DNA of 64,000 bases, taken from positions 271,555-335,554 of the forward strand of contig NW_002060973.1 in the NCBI RefSeq assembly GCF_000150275.1, read 5' to 3'. This document shows positions 10,893 through 22,468 of the stretch, one piece after another. The notes beneath the pieces were generated by a model. That model searched no databases. It was not told where the DNA came from and saw only the letters and a program-made list of their open reading frames with translations. Positions within the stretch are counted from its first letter, which is position 1; the number at the start of each line of letters is the position of its first letter. Position numbers and translations under genes: made by a program. This DNA comes from Trichoplax adhaerens (taxonomy: Eukaryota > Animalia > Placozoa).

Positions 10893-13539
10893 TTACATTT
10901 GCTGTTGAGCAAAATAATCTTCCAAATGTATTACAATATTAGGAATAATCCGATCTAAAATGGATATGCCTTGAAAAGTAGGACGTATGGCACTGTAAAA
11001 ATGAAGTCATTCGCGTTACATGTACACAACTGATGGTATTGGTTAATAGTAAATGGAATTATACGAGCTACTTACTCGGTATCAATAGTAATAAATTCAT
11101 CCAGTATTAGGTGATGCAGTAAAGTATCAGGGTTAAACTCAGATTGGCACCGATAAAGCAATTGAAAAACCTTATTGAATTCTAGTTTTGGAGATGCGAT
11201 GCTATCCCAGCGCTTTCTTGAGATTCCAGCAGGTGTTCTCATGCCTAATAGTATAAGTTCAGTTAATCGTTCCATTTCAGATTGTTTTTGCATTTTTTGT
11301 ATTCCTAATTTGCCTTGTTCTACCTTTAAAATTTCAATAAAGGAGTCAATATACTACTCATGATCATACATAAGTTTGCTAGTGATTACTATAGCTACGT
11401 AACTCGTATTAAGAGTGATTAAAATTAATTACTAACAAAGTCACTATTAGAAATTGCGTAGCTACTGTTGTATGCTTCATTACCATCGTCATCCAATGAT
11501 TTGGCGATAAACATTGAATCATAGCATAACGTTGATATTCAAGTGATGGAATAATAAGACGACCATGCGCTCCTGGACCAACGCCAATGTAATCATTCGA
11601 TGTCCAGTAGGATAAATTATGTTGACTAATTGCACCCTTGAGATCAATTAAGTCATCAATGTAACAGATTAAATTACGACTCTAGTTTTTATTTTATTCA
11701 ACAGTTAACACAATTTGCACTCGATTCAGTTCGAGTTCTGTAGAATCGCACCTGTTTTGCAAAATTGGAAACTTCGTAACGTTGATATCCATAGCGGCGC
11801 ATAGTGTTGATTGCATTTTCATACATTTGTGCAATTATATCTTCGTCAGGTAGGTGTAAGCTTTGCTGCTGTACTTGCTTGTGTAACTTTGTTCCGCGTT
11901 CAAGTGTTAACTGATACAGTGATACATGATTGTCACACATGCTAATGGCCTAAGTGAGGTGTTTAATTTTAAGGTATTAATGAATAATTATTATAAATCA
12001 TCCATGAAAGTGAAACTAGGATATGGCGAGCGAAGCTATTTCTCTCGTTTATTTGACACGTATGCAGACTGCGACAATACGCTATCACAAATCAAGACTA
12101 TTAACTATAGTCTATAACCTTTTCCAGCTCTGTAGACCATTCCGGAATTGTCTGATTTGGTCTTGCAAAAATTAAATCGATGGATGTCCTCTTTGGAAAA
12201 TGAGCTTTAGCGATATCGATAGCTTGTTTAGCTTGTGCAGCGTCGTGATCCCGACCTAAAATTTGTAAATCTTTATCATTGAGTGCCTAGAAAAGGGAGA
12301 GGAAGTATTATTATATGCTAACCTGATGGAAACAAATTGAGGCAAATCCTCCATAGTGTAGCATAAGGAACAAGAATTATTCTTATAGATGTAATTTATT
12401 TGGTCAATCTTTATCATTGTATGCCTAAAGAAGGGAAAGAAAGTATCCTTCCAGGCTATCTTAATCGAAATAAGCCGAGGCTAATCCAGTACAGTATAGC
12501 ATAAAGAATAAGAATAGCTGTACTTTATTTTGTAAATCTTTATCACTGTATGCCTATAGATGGGAGAGAAAGTATCATGACATGCTATCCTGATTGAAAC
12601 CAGCTGAGGCTAATCCTTTATAGTGTAGCATAAAGAATAAGAATAACTATATTTTATTCTGTAAATCTTTATCATCGTGTGCTTAGAGGTGGGGAAGACA
12701 GTATCATGATCTGCTATCCTGATTAAAACCCAGCTGTGGCTAATCCTCGATAGCATAGCATAAGGAATAAGAATAGTTCTAATTAATTTGTCACAATCCA
12801 ACGTCGCAGTAAAATAGATCTTTTAATGTACGACCTTCAATGGTGTGCATACATTAGGACATACATGTACTTTAGCACATTTCAGTATCTAAATTATACG
12901 CTTAAGGCTAAGGAATATTATTGTTCTTGCACATACTTGTATGCCAAGGGATAATCGATTAATGCCTGCTTGCTTAAAATGTCCCATTTTTTCCATTTCT
13001 GTTGAAGTAGGATTGGCTTCCATAGTAATTTCAATATCATCTCCTAGTGTTGCACATTGGCTGATTGCTGATATCATTCTTTGGATATTGTCAGGCTTAC
13101 ATAAGCTAGGAGTACCTATCACATGACAATATGATCATCAAGGTTTTACAACAAATACGCGAGTTAATTGATAGAGTTGAAGATGATTTTTCGCAGTTAG
13201 AACAGTACCTCCACCAAAATAGATCGATTTCACCGTTTTAACATGGCCTAACTGGAGTAATCCTTTCACGGCTCGTATCATGCATTCAGTCATACGATCA
13301 TGATCGACCAGTTGTTGAACAACCTTGTTGAAATTGCAATAATGGCAATGCTTTTTACAATATGGCCAATGGATGTAGACACCCACTGAATGATGACGGC
13401 ATTGGATGACGAAAAGAGTGGTGTTAATTCGATCCATGAGGACACTTTTGGACGCGATATTGCCGTTGATGAAGGCCAACTTTGATAGAAAGCGACATGC
13501 TTTGCCGCTTGCAGACGTCACAGGAGCGAATCGATGCAT
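10893..13539 (-). CDS. RSAD1: Radical SAM heme chaperone RSAD1/HemW (mitochondrial), multi-exon
   Basis: It has an N-terminal transit-like peptide, VYIHWPYCKKHCHYCNF (CxxxCxxC), SIYFGGG|TPS, EITMEANPT, GINRLSLGIQ, DLIFARP, HVSLYQLTLERGT, YEVSNFA and YIGVGPGAHGR. The last exon ends QQQM* at 10893. Confidence 0.93.
12262..12790. repeat. ~130-bp tandem repeat x4 that copies an RSAD1 3' splice site and exon start
   Basis: AATCTTTATCA..TGCCTA..GGGA.A.AAGTAT recurs at ~12268, 12407, 12535 and 12664. Confidence 0.85.
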
Positions 13540-13759
13540 GGAATAAATCCGTGAGCCTTTCTATCCGATCGTGCTAATGGGATGAACAACAGCTATGCAC
13601 GGGGTGGATAGGGGTTAAGATTGAAGAAAGTGCCATGGAGCTAGGGAATGGATACTATAGGTAAGAAAATAGAGGACAGCTTTTTCTCTAATAATTATAA
13701 TAATAACCTTTGGAGACGATGATCCTCAATCCTCTACCTGCATCTTGCACAATTGAGAA

Positions 13760-14349
13760 TGAACGATGGAGTAAAAGCAGCTTGTCGAGGTTGGCTATCT
13801 TGTAGCGAAGTCTGATTTCTACGACACAATTATCTCTACAGTAGCTTTCTATGTATGCAATCCACTTTCAATCTCGAGTTGATCGTCTCCAATGGTGTCT
13901 TCCTTTCCGCTAATGATCGTCTTGATCGTAATTCAAGATCGGATATAGGCTCGATGGCGTTGATCGCTAGATGCCAATAAGGTGTTACTAGCCAGCTCGT
14001 CGTTTAATTAAGTGGTCGAGATTTGCCTCTATCTCCTTGCAAAAGGATCATGTTTTACGACTCTATATAGTCATAGTAGGTCAGAGAGATACTGTATACT
14101 GTTTGCTATACTGCAACTTAAACATGTCATTCTACTCGTAGTTAAACTATTCCTTCAGCGCTATGGCAGAAGGGACGGATGGCAAAATGGCTGGAGCAGC
14201 TCGATCTCGCTTTCTCCTCTTAATCTCCTAGCTGTAGACATGTGTAAAACCCTCATCATTAGACTACCATCATCGAAAGAATGAATAAGAGCTAGTGTAT
14301 TGATTAAAATGGAGAAGCCGATCATTTTGCTGGCCATTTCAACTGCCAT
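13760..14349 (-). pseudogene. Possible decayed insulin-like peptide precursor (speculative)
   Basis: A hydrophobic leader is followed by B-chain-like L(R)GESEIELLQPFC, a furin-like RSRR, and a frameshifted A-chain-like (Y)CRDNCVVEIRLRY(K). Only 3 of 6 cysteines remain. Confidence 0.25.
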
Positions 14350-15970
14350 GTATACTCTTTCTCGTCAGTACAGCAGACTAAAGTTGCTATGATGGAAATA
14401 TCTTTCGAAAGATAGAAAGATATTTGAAAGATATCGATATCAATATCTTTTAATATCAGGATATCAATATCGGCCTTGATAACATAATGAATCCATTTCA
14501 ATAATTTAATTCTTGATAGAAACCAAGAAACGGCCGGATTCTACCAGTTGCCTGCGCCGATGGTTGCGGACACTTGAATGAATTTTATAGCAACGACATG
14601 TTGCATTCTTTTTCGATATTCTCATCACAAATTAGATGCTCTTCTTGATTTAATGTTATATCCTATTTTATATGCCCCGCTGCTGTAGTACGTTACAATT
14701 AGATTTAAAGGATATGCAAGGAAAAGATACCAAGTAATGAGCTAAGAAACTATTGAAGATGGGGTGTTTGATAATTAATTTAATGATATAGTATAATCAA
14801 TACAAGCCTGCAATGACCGATTGCTTAGCCGTTGAATGAAGTAGCGCATTTGCATTGGCGATTCTTGTCGGTTCTGATTATACAAATATGTGGAAAGATT
14901 AGTATGATATGCGATTGCAGCCATGGACTAATCAATACGGCACTAATACTACACTACAACACATTAAACCTATATTGATGTATATTATTCAAGCACTTTT
15001 TAAATATCATTTGCGTTTGAAAATAATTGAGTACCATTGATCACAGATGAATCATCGAATCGTTTCAAGTATTCCCCGTCCAATGCTAGCCAAAATGGCT
15101 AATTAGAATGACATACTTATGTAAATTCTTATTCATTTCAAGTTCAACAACAGTCTCTCGTACAGCTACCCATTGGCACTGTCGTTCTAAAACGCCTTCA
15201 AACGTAAATGAATTATTCTTATTGATTTTGGAGATTGAGATTGTTTGCACAACAGGCAATGGATAAGCAAGTGATTATGCTTTTCCCGATAGTATACTGT
15301 AAAGTAAGCGAAATGAGCGATAGCAAGATGAAATAGGGCACGAAAAATCGCCTATTTTTTGGCTTATAGAGCAAACAATTGCTACTTGCAGAAGCTCTAC
15401 TGATGTTCAACGCTACTGAAAATTACAAGATGCCATTTCGGTTAATTCAAAAAACATTACCGAAAATCGACAATTTCCTAACAACAGTTTGATTGAATAC
15501 AACAAGTAGAAGAGAATTAACCTTGTATTATATCTGCAATCTATAATGTTCCTCCATTGGATAGTAATGATTATTTTTCTCAACAATGAAATCTGCTTGC
15601 CTTTAAATTTGGCATGTTTTATGACGTTGATTGCAAATGGTAAGGATCACGTTGGGGGTCCGTTGGGGATTGCTAACTAGCTAAGGCGTCGTATCTAACT
15701 TTAACGAAACGTAGCTTATAAATAAGGGTGAAAAATCGGTCAAGGAACTCTTTCGAGACTATTGGATAATGATATTGATTTGCAAAAGTGTGAGATTGAC
15801 ACTGTATGAGTATATATTAGATTGTAGATGAACTGGAATCTCAAGATTGTGTTAAGTGTGTATCCGGGTTCAGTAGTTCCAGTAAATATTGTAGCTTGGA
15901 TATCCTCTCTTGCAGTGGCTAATTACAACATGCACCCACAGACTGAAGATCAGAATTAGTCTGTCATCAC

Positions 15971-15977
15971 TATAAAT
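15971..15977 (+). promoter_or_regulatory. Candidate TATA box of the small secreted-peptide gene
   Basis: TATAAAT lies upstream of a probable 5'UTR exon (donor AG|GTAATT ~16087, acceptor CTAG ~16145) that precedes ATG 16160. Confidence 0.4.
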
Positions 15978-16159
15978 CAAGGAGGGCGATCAAATTCGTT
16001 GCTTTATTCAATATACATCTTCCATGATAGATTATCATTTGTAATCTAAATCTATAGCAAGGACTGTACAGATGTAGATACGATAGGTAATTATAACATT
16101 GAAGCGATTACCTCCATTTACTAATTGATTACTAAATTATTCTAGATCCTCTATTAACC

Positions 16160-16510
16160 ATGAATACAAAGATTCTGTTGGTTGCTGCCCTATTATTCAC
16201 TGCTGCATTGGCCAAAACTGATTTTTCACGAGATGGTCGTAGATTAGAATTGCTGAGGTATTTGTATGAGGTACAAGATAGAGATGATGAAAATAATGAT
16301 GAAGAAGAGGAATGGCTGGCAAGTTTGAATAACTATGTTATCATTCATTGATTGATAAACCTGAAATTTTTATCCAATTTATAACGAAATGTAATCCATT
16401 TTGCTTGAATCTTGTTAACAGATATAATAATTTATAATTCATATTATTGCTGTGTTGTGCAAGTATGGAAGACCGCTAAGATAGTAGGCCATATTGTCAG
16501 CTCGTTGTAG
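16160..16510 (+). CDS. Small secreted prepropeptide (signal peptide, acidic pro-region, short C-terminal peptide); antimicrobial-peptide or neuropeptide-like
   Basis: Signal MNTKILLVAALLFTAALA is followed by an acidic spacer DRDDENNDEEEE and then WL. A probable intron at ~16320-16463 leads to either WKTAKIVGHIVSSL* or YGRPLR*, depending on the donor used. Confidence 0.7.
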
Positions 16511-17709
16511 TAAATCAAATAATATCAATATAGAATTCAATAATCATTTTAGTTTTTGTTGGCGAATACAGATACAGCACGATATACTAGTATAATGTCA
16601 ATATATACAAATATGCCTCCTCGTTATCATTCCTCAAATGATGTACAAGCTTACCACACATACTTTAGTCCAATGGAATTATGTCAGATATGCATTTTTA
16701 CTCGTCACTCTATTTGTTGAATGCAATCTAGACCCTGGTCATTTATTTTACCATACTAAAAGAAATCTATCAATACTTGAAGATTACCATTTTATTGTTT
16801 TCTTATATCTCACAAAAATAGCTTGGTTACATTGAAAAGGATTGTATCTGGACGATATTCTAATGTTTCGTCATATTATTGCAAGTTATCATGGCGCAAT
16901 AAGCACATTATTTTTAACTTATGCCGTGCATCATAAACTTGGTAAATTGAATGCACTATTGCCAATTTGTATTATGAATTCAAAGCAGCAGTTGCGTGAT
17001 AGTTAAACCAAGACTGAATATCAGCCAATACAGGATACCTTGCAATAATTTTGCTAAAGCTCTGTACTGCCATTTAATGAATTCGATTGAAAGTAAAATG
17101 ATAGTCATTTCGCAGCTCTAAACATGGAGACACATTTCATGAAGTATCGTGGAGAACGACCATGATGTTAAAATATACGATATTAATTGATCCAATCTCT
17201 CTTTTCGTTCTTGTATAGGCTAATGCTAGGACAGTGAAATTAATGAATAACTTTATTAACCTCAAAGTTATGGGAGTGGTATGAATGAGCAGCACTATAA
17301 TTTTATGCTAACTTTATGACTCGAGGATTTTGCCATCATTTCGATGAATAAATCCCCGTGATCATCAAGTCTTGATCATTTCTCATTTTGTTGATACTAT
17401 TGCTACGAAATATGGATCTCAAATGGAGCATTATTAACAGCACTCATCTTAAATATGATATTGATGCCTGTTACAGGATAATTCGGAAGTGCATTTCAAA
17501 ATTAAAATTACCACACAACTCAAACGGCTCAAACAAGCGTATGCCGATCGCATGGTAAATTTATTCCCGTTCTAATGATATAGCATTACATGTTGATCAT
17601 TATTTCCATTACTACTATCATTATTGCTATAATAATAATTACTGTATTGATTCATTTTATGGTACATTAACGATTTTACTTCCTTTCCTCAACTGTGAAG
17701 GGCGTCTCC

Positions 17710-18320
17710 ATTCATTCTTTACGATTTTTGTTCAACGGCCAGCGCATTCTAGATACCACGACTCCCAAGAAGGTACAGCATACTTTACTGTCTAGTCCAT
17801 GATCTGGTAGATTCGATTTGGTATGGTTTAACTTGGTTTTTTATTTTGCCTTTTTTTCTTTCGGCCATGTGGTCTTGCTGATTCTTCTTGGTTGAATGGA
17901 TGGCTTAGTTGGGAATGGAAGATGATGATGTCATCGAAGTTTATCAAAATCAGATTCCTGGATGATTTCAATCCACGGCTATATCGTAATGTAGTACACT
18001 GATAGCTATCGTTCATATCGTTGTCACTGTCAAGAGTGGATAGTGATCATTTATAGTACCTAATGGAATCTCCGATTACGATACTTTGCGTTGATGTAAT
18101 TGTACTTTTTACTGTCCTTGTTATTGTGTTGTTAATAGATGATCGATTTTCCCTGTGGCATTCATTTTGATTCTCCACGTCTATAGCAAGTAACGGACAA
18201 TCCACTTTATAATGTCATGTATGTTAATATACTTTCTTTTATGGCCAGAGTTGTGTTAGGTTCAAACAATACTGAATAAATATGGAAGCAATTATTAGGT
18301 TTACAAGAGCAAGATCGAAA
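17710..18320 (-). pseudogene. Possible second decayed secreted precursor related to 13760-14349 (speculative)
   Basis: A polybasic RKKKR is followed, after a frameshift in an A-run, by KVCCTFLGVVVSRMRW, which aligns with ESYCRDNCVVEIRLRY. Confidence 0.2.
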
Positions 18321-18384
18321 TGGTTGTTATATATGTTAAATATTATAACTATACTTAGTGAAATAGTCCTAGTGGCAGTCACAA

Positions 18385-18965
18385 TATCCATCAAAATGGC
18401 GCACAACGCGGAGGTATTTTCTTCTATCTCTATGGTTGGGTGACCGCAGATGCAGCTCTAGATCTTCTTCAAAATAGCACCTTCTACAGTACTCTAGATC
18501 AGAGACCTTTTCTTGTATCTCTATGGTTACATGACCGCGAATGCAACTCTAATTAGACCTTCTTAAAACTAGCACTTATACTGTAGGTCAGAGACCTATC
18601 AAAATAGGTGATCGCAGATGCAGCTCTAGATCTTCTTCAAAATAGCACTTCTACAGTACTCTAGATCAGAGACCTGTCAAAATGCTGCACAACACGGAGA
18701 TATTTTCTTGTATTTCTAAGGTTACGTGACCGCACATGCAGCTCTAATTAAACCTTCTTAAAACTAGCACTTTTACTGTGGGTCACAGACCTACCAAAAT
18801 ATTGCATAACATAGAGATATTTTCTGATTTCCGTATGATGGCGGCTGTAGAAGCTACTCTGTAAGACTTGCTGTAACAATGCTGCACAATATGGAGCTAT
18901 TTTCTAGTATCTCTTTGGTTGTGCGGCCGTGGAAGCCATTCTACTATTAGCCTTTAGACCTAACA
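18385..18965. repeat. Diverged tandem repeat (GACCGCAGATGCAGCTCTA...AAAATAGCAC units)
   Basis: The motif recurs at ~18442, 18533, 18610 and 18728, with more decayed copies to ~18950. Confidence 0.8.
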
Positions 18966-19094
18966 TGGACTGCTAGCTAGATCTAGTCGTCTATGGATCT
19001 ATTTCTGAGCACACTATAATAGCTATTGGCTACAGCTAGAGACAGTACTTTAGGCAACTGCAAATTTGCAAAAATCCTATCTGAATAGACTACA

Positions 19095-20180
19095 ACAAGC
19101 TCACACACTCTATAGACTTGCCATTCGAACTACTATTTATATACAATACACAGTTTTTCTTATGACTAGAATTATACTATATGGAATGAATTATAACCAC
19201 TATAAGGAGGTATTTACCGGCAGGCAGATATGTCTCCTGAACAAGTCCTTACTCAAATTTTTTTTTGAATACCCAAACCTTATTTGCTAAAAATTTAAGC
19301 ATATAATATAAGACCTACTTGTATGGATTTTTTTGGTTCAGTTACCTCATTAAAATGAGATGATGTTCAACGTATTTATTTTTAAAATTTAAAGCGCCAT
19401 TAGTTTTTAAAATTGCCTTAGTCTACTGCAGCAAACTCTGGTGAAAGGGGTATTATAGCGAGTTGCTAGTCGAGCTACTGTTTATACTACTTACTTAGAA
19501 TTGTGTCATGGATGAATTATAACTACTATAAGGAGACATTTACCGGCAGACCTATCTTCTAAATAAATCGCTATTGTAATGCCACTCAATTATTTATTTT
19601 ATTCTTGAATATTCAAATCGTACTTACTAAAAATTCAAACATTTAATATTATACCTACTTGTATGGATTTTATTTCAAGTTATCAAATTAAAATTAGACG
19701 ATATTGAACTTATTTATTTATTTTAAGGATTGAAAGCGTCATCCGTTCTAAAATTACCGCCGTTTACTGTAGCAGACTCTCGTGATAGGGGTATTATAAC
19801 GAGTTGCCATTCGAGCTACTATTTATATATACAATATACAGTTTTTCTTGTAGTAGAAGACTGGAATTGTATCTTGAATAAACTATGACTACTATTCGAA
19901 GATATTTTACAGGCCGGCAGACCTATCTTCTGAATAAGTCCTTATAGTAATGCCACTCAATTTTTTATTTTTATTCTTGAATATTTGAAGCGTTTGTAGC
20001 GTTTGTACTCAAAATTCAAACATATAGTATTACACTTACTTGTATGGATTTTATTTCAAGTTATCAAATTAAAATTAGACGATATTTAACCTATTTATTT
20101 TTAAAGATTGAAAGCGTCATCCGTTATGAAATAGTCGTAGTCTACTGTAGCAAACTCTTATTACGGAGTTAGTATAACGT
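19095..20180. repeat. ~340-370-bp tandem triplication
   Basis: TACTTGTATGGATTTT occurs at ~19316, 19656 and 20037, and ACTGTAGCAAACTCT-like ends at ~19426, 19766 and 20144. Confidence 0.85.
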
Positions 20181-20838
20181 TTCAATCAGCTGATAGTGTC
20201 GCGATTATACCTTTTGTTTGTTATCAATGAGAAACGACACTCGGTATCGACTGAAGTGCGTATACCCACAAGATGACGCAGGAAAGCGTTCAAAAATGGT
20301 CTCTGCTCTCATGACATTTCTTGCCAAAAGGGTATGATATCGCGTGGTGGCATTGCAGCTACTATTGATGCACATTATACAGTTATTCTTGTAGTAGAAG
20401 ACTAGAATTGTATCATTTATAAATGATCATTATGAGTGTAGAAGACGATCAAAAATTGGATCCTTCTTGGTTGGGCTGCCTCGAGTTATTGAGTAGTTGG
20501 TTACTCCACCGTCCATTGCCGCTGTCGGAACAACGCTATAGAAATCACTGTCTACTAGCGACCACGAGAGACAGTACCCTGTAGTCTGACCGTAAATGAT
20601 CTACCATTGCGTAGTGGAGTCTTGAGCTCATTCTGGTTGCAATGAGGTCATCAGCGATCGCAGCCCACTGTTCCGTGCTGTACTGGAGAAGCAATAGAAA
20701 AGACTAGCGAGCAATCGATCAACTCATCAACGTGGGTTGCAGCCATCTTGGCTTTGCTGTAGCTCATTAGTATTCTAATTCATGGAAAATGATCATTTCC
20801 ATCGACTATCCTGTCATTCCTAACCATAGCTGTTGATC

Positions 20839-22090
20839 ATGATAGCTATGCGATTGAAATCGGTGGATATTATTTTAAAATTAGATCGCTATCATTATCA
20901 TTATTGGCATACACTTATGGCTAAGAATGATTCTTATTATCAAGAGATTTGTATTTGGAGTTTAAATGAGTGGATGGATCGAATGATGCAATGGCGATGT
21001 TGTGATTGTACTCAATTATTCGTCCATCAAATGATTGCACAGTATCCAGACGATCATCAAGATAGACGTGGCAAGAATAGCAACGATCATTTTCAAGAAT
21101 TATTGGATTACTTAAGGCAAGATCAACATTGTAAAATCAAGATGAATTTAATCGATCAGTTGATCGATTGCCCATGGCTTTTAATCCAATGGAGTAAACG
21201 TTTATTACCTCATTTGAATACGACTGAACGATTAAATGATGCTATGGCTATCTTATCCACATTAGGTGGTGCTTATTCGGCTTTAGGAGATCAATTAGAT
21301 CATTTCGTAAGTAAAGATAGATTGGCTAATCCTTTTGATCGCTTGACTCTCCTAGGGCGCTTCTTGATACTGTTAGTCGACAATCATTCATTCTACTGGT
21401 AGCGATAGAATACTTGCTAGTTTTTAGACACACTCTTTCCGTCCACTTTACAAGATATTGAAGTATATTGACAGTCAAGACGACAGTATCTCCTCTGTCC
21501 TGTGCAATCCATCTTGTATCAACTTATACTTGGTGATTTTCATCCATGTGTGTAGTCTACTGTCGACATCAATAACAGTACAGATTAGCTCAATGAAGAC
21601 AAGTAGCTTTTGATGTATGTACAGTAGTAGCAGTACAGACGGGCAAGATTAAAATCACGACCGTAGTGATATAATTAATCGACTGGACAACACTACTTGT
21701 ACGATTGAATATCATATCGACATTACTATACTCTCCATTTGCTGACGCTAATGATTCTTTTTATCCTTTTCTCATCCCTAATAGAGCCTTAAAGCTCAAA
21801 GAATTAGCTTAAGACAGCTGTATGTTGCAAAAGCACTTGGTGATCCTACTTTAATAAGCAAGAGTAAGTTGTATCTAGCCTTGAGTTTAATGCAACAACG
21901 TCGTTTCACTCGAGCTGAACGCATCATACGTCAGCAATATCGGTTTGCTACTTCTAACCCTCTTTGTAGTGACTACAAACTAATCGATATTTGTCGAGCT
22001 TGTTGGTCTAAATTGCTTTATTGTAAAGGTATTGCAACACATAGGGATAGTCAATCTAATTTGGATGACATGGACACTTGTAGCAGTTGA
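20839..22090 (+). CDS. Conserved uncharacterised protein (DUF4807-like; C. elegans F58A4.6-type), 2 exons
   Basis: Exon 20839-21306 ends MAILSTLGGAYSALGDQLDHF|GTAAGT. Exon 21785-22090 reads SLKAQRISLRQLYVAKALGDPTLISKSKLYLALSLMQQ...IIRQQYRFA...ICRACWSKLLY. The family assignment is from recalled motifs. Confidence 0.78.
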
Positions 22091-22468
22091 TATCAAGGTC
22101 TACAATATCGATCAAATCGCTACGACAATCGACGAAATATTGTTGAATAATGTAGTCCGTTGACTTGCTAACTAGTCTTTATTTTCGAATTTTATAACAT
22201 GTCTACAACGTTAGACATAGCCAACATTATTACTGTATACAAGAGGGAGAAATAAGAAAGATAGTTAAACAACAAAGTATTGCATACAACCTATACAGTT
22301 ATCGTATAGGAATACCATTTGTGATGATCATAAAATCCGTACAACGTTATTCAACGATAGCATATGACAGTGATATGATAAACTTGTCAATATCAAATAA
22401 TATCGTCTATGGATGGATATATCAAAAGTCGAAATAGTGTGGAAATTTGTATAATAGCAGCTTTTCAA

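Noticed and set aside
10420-10908. Hydrophobic short ORFs downstream of RSAD1
   Set aside because: No family motif or convincing exon structure; probably 3'UTR or intergenic.
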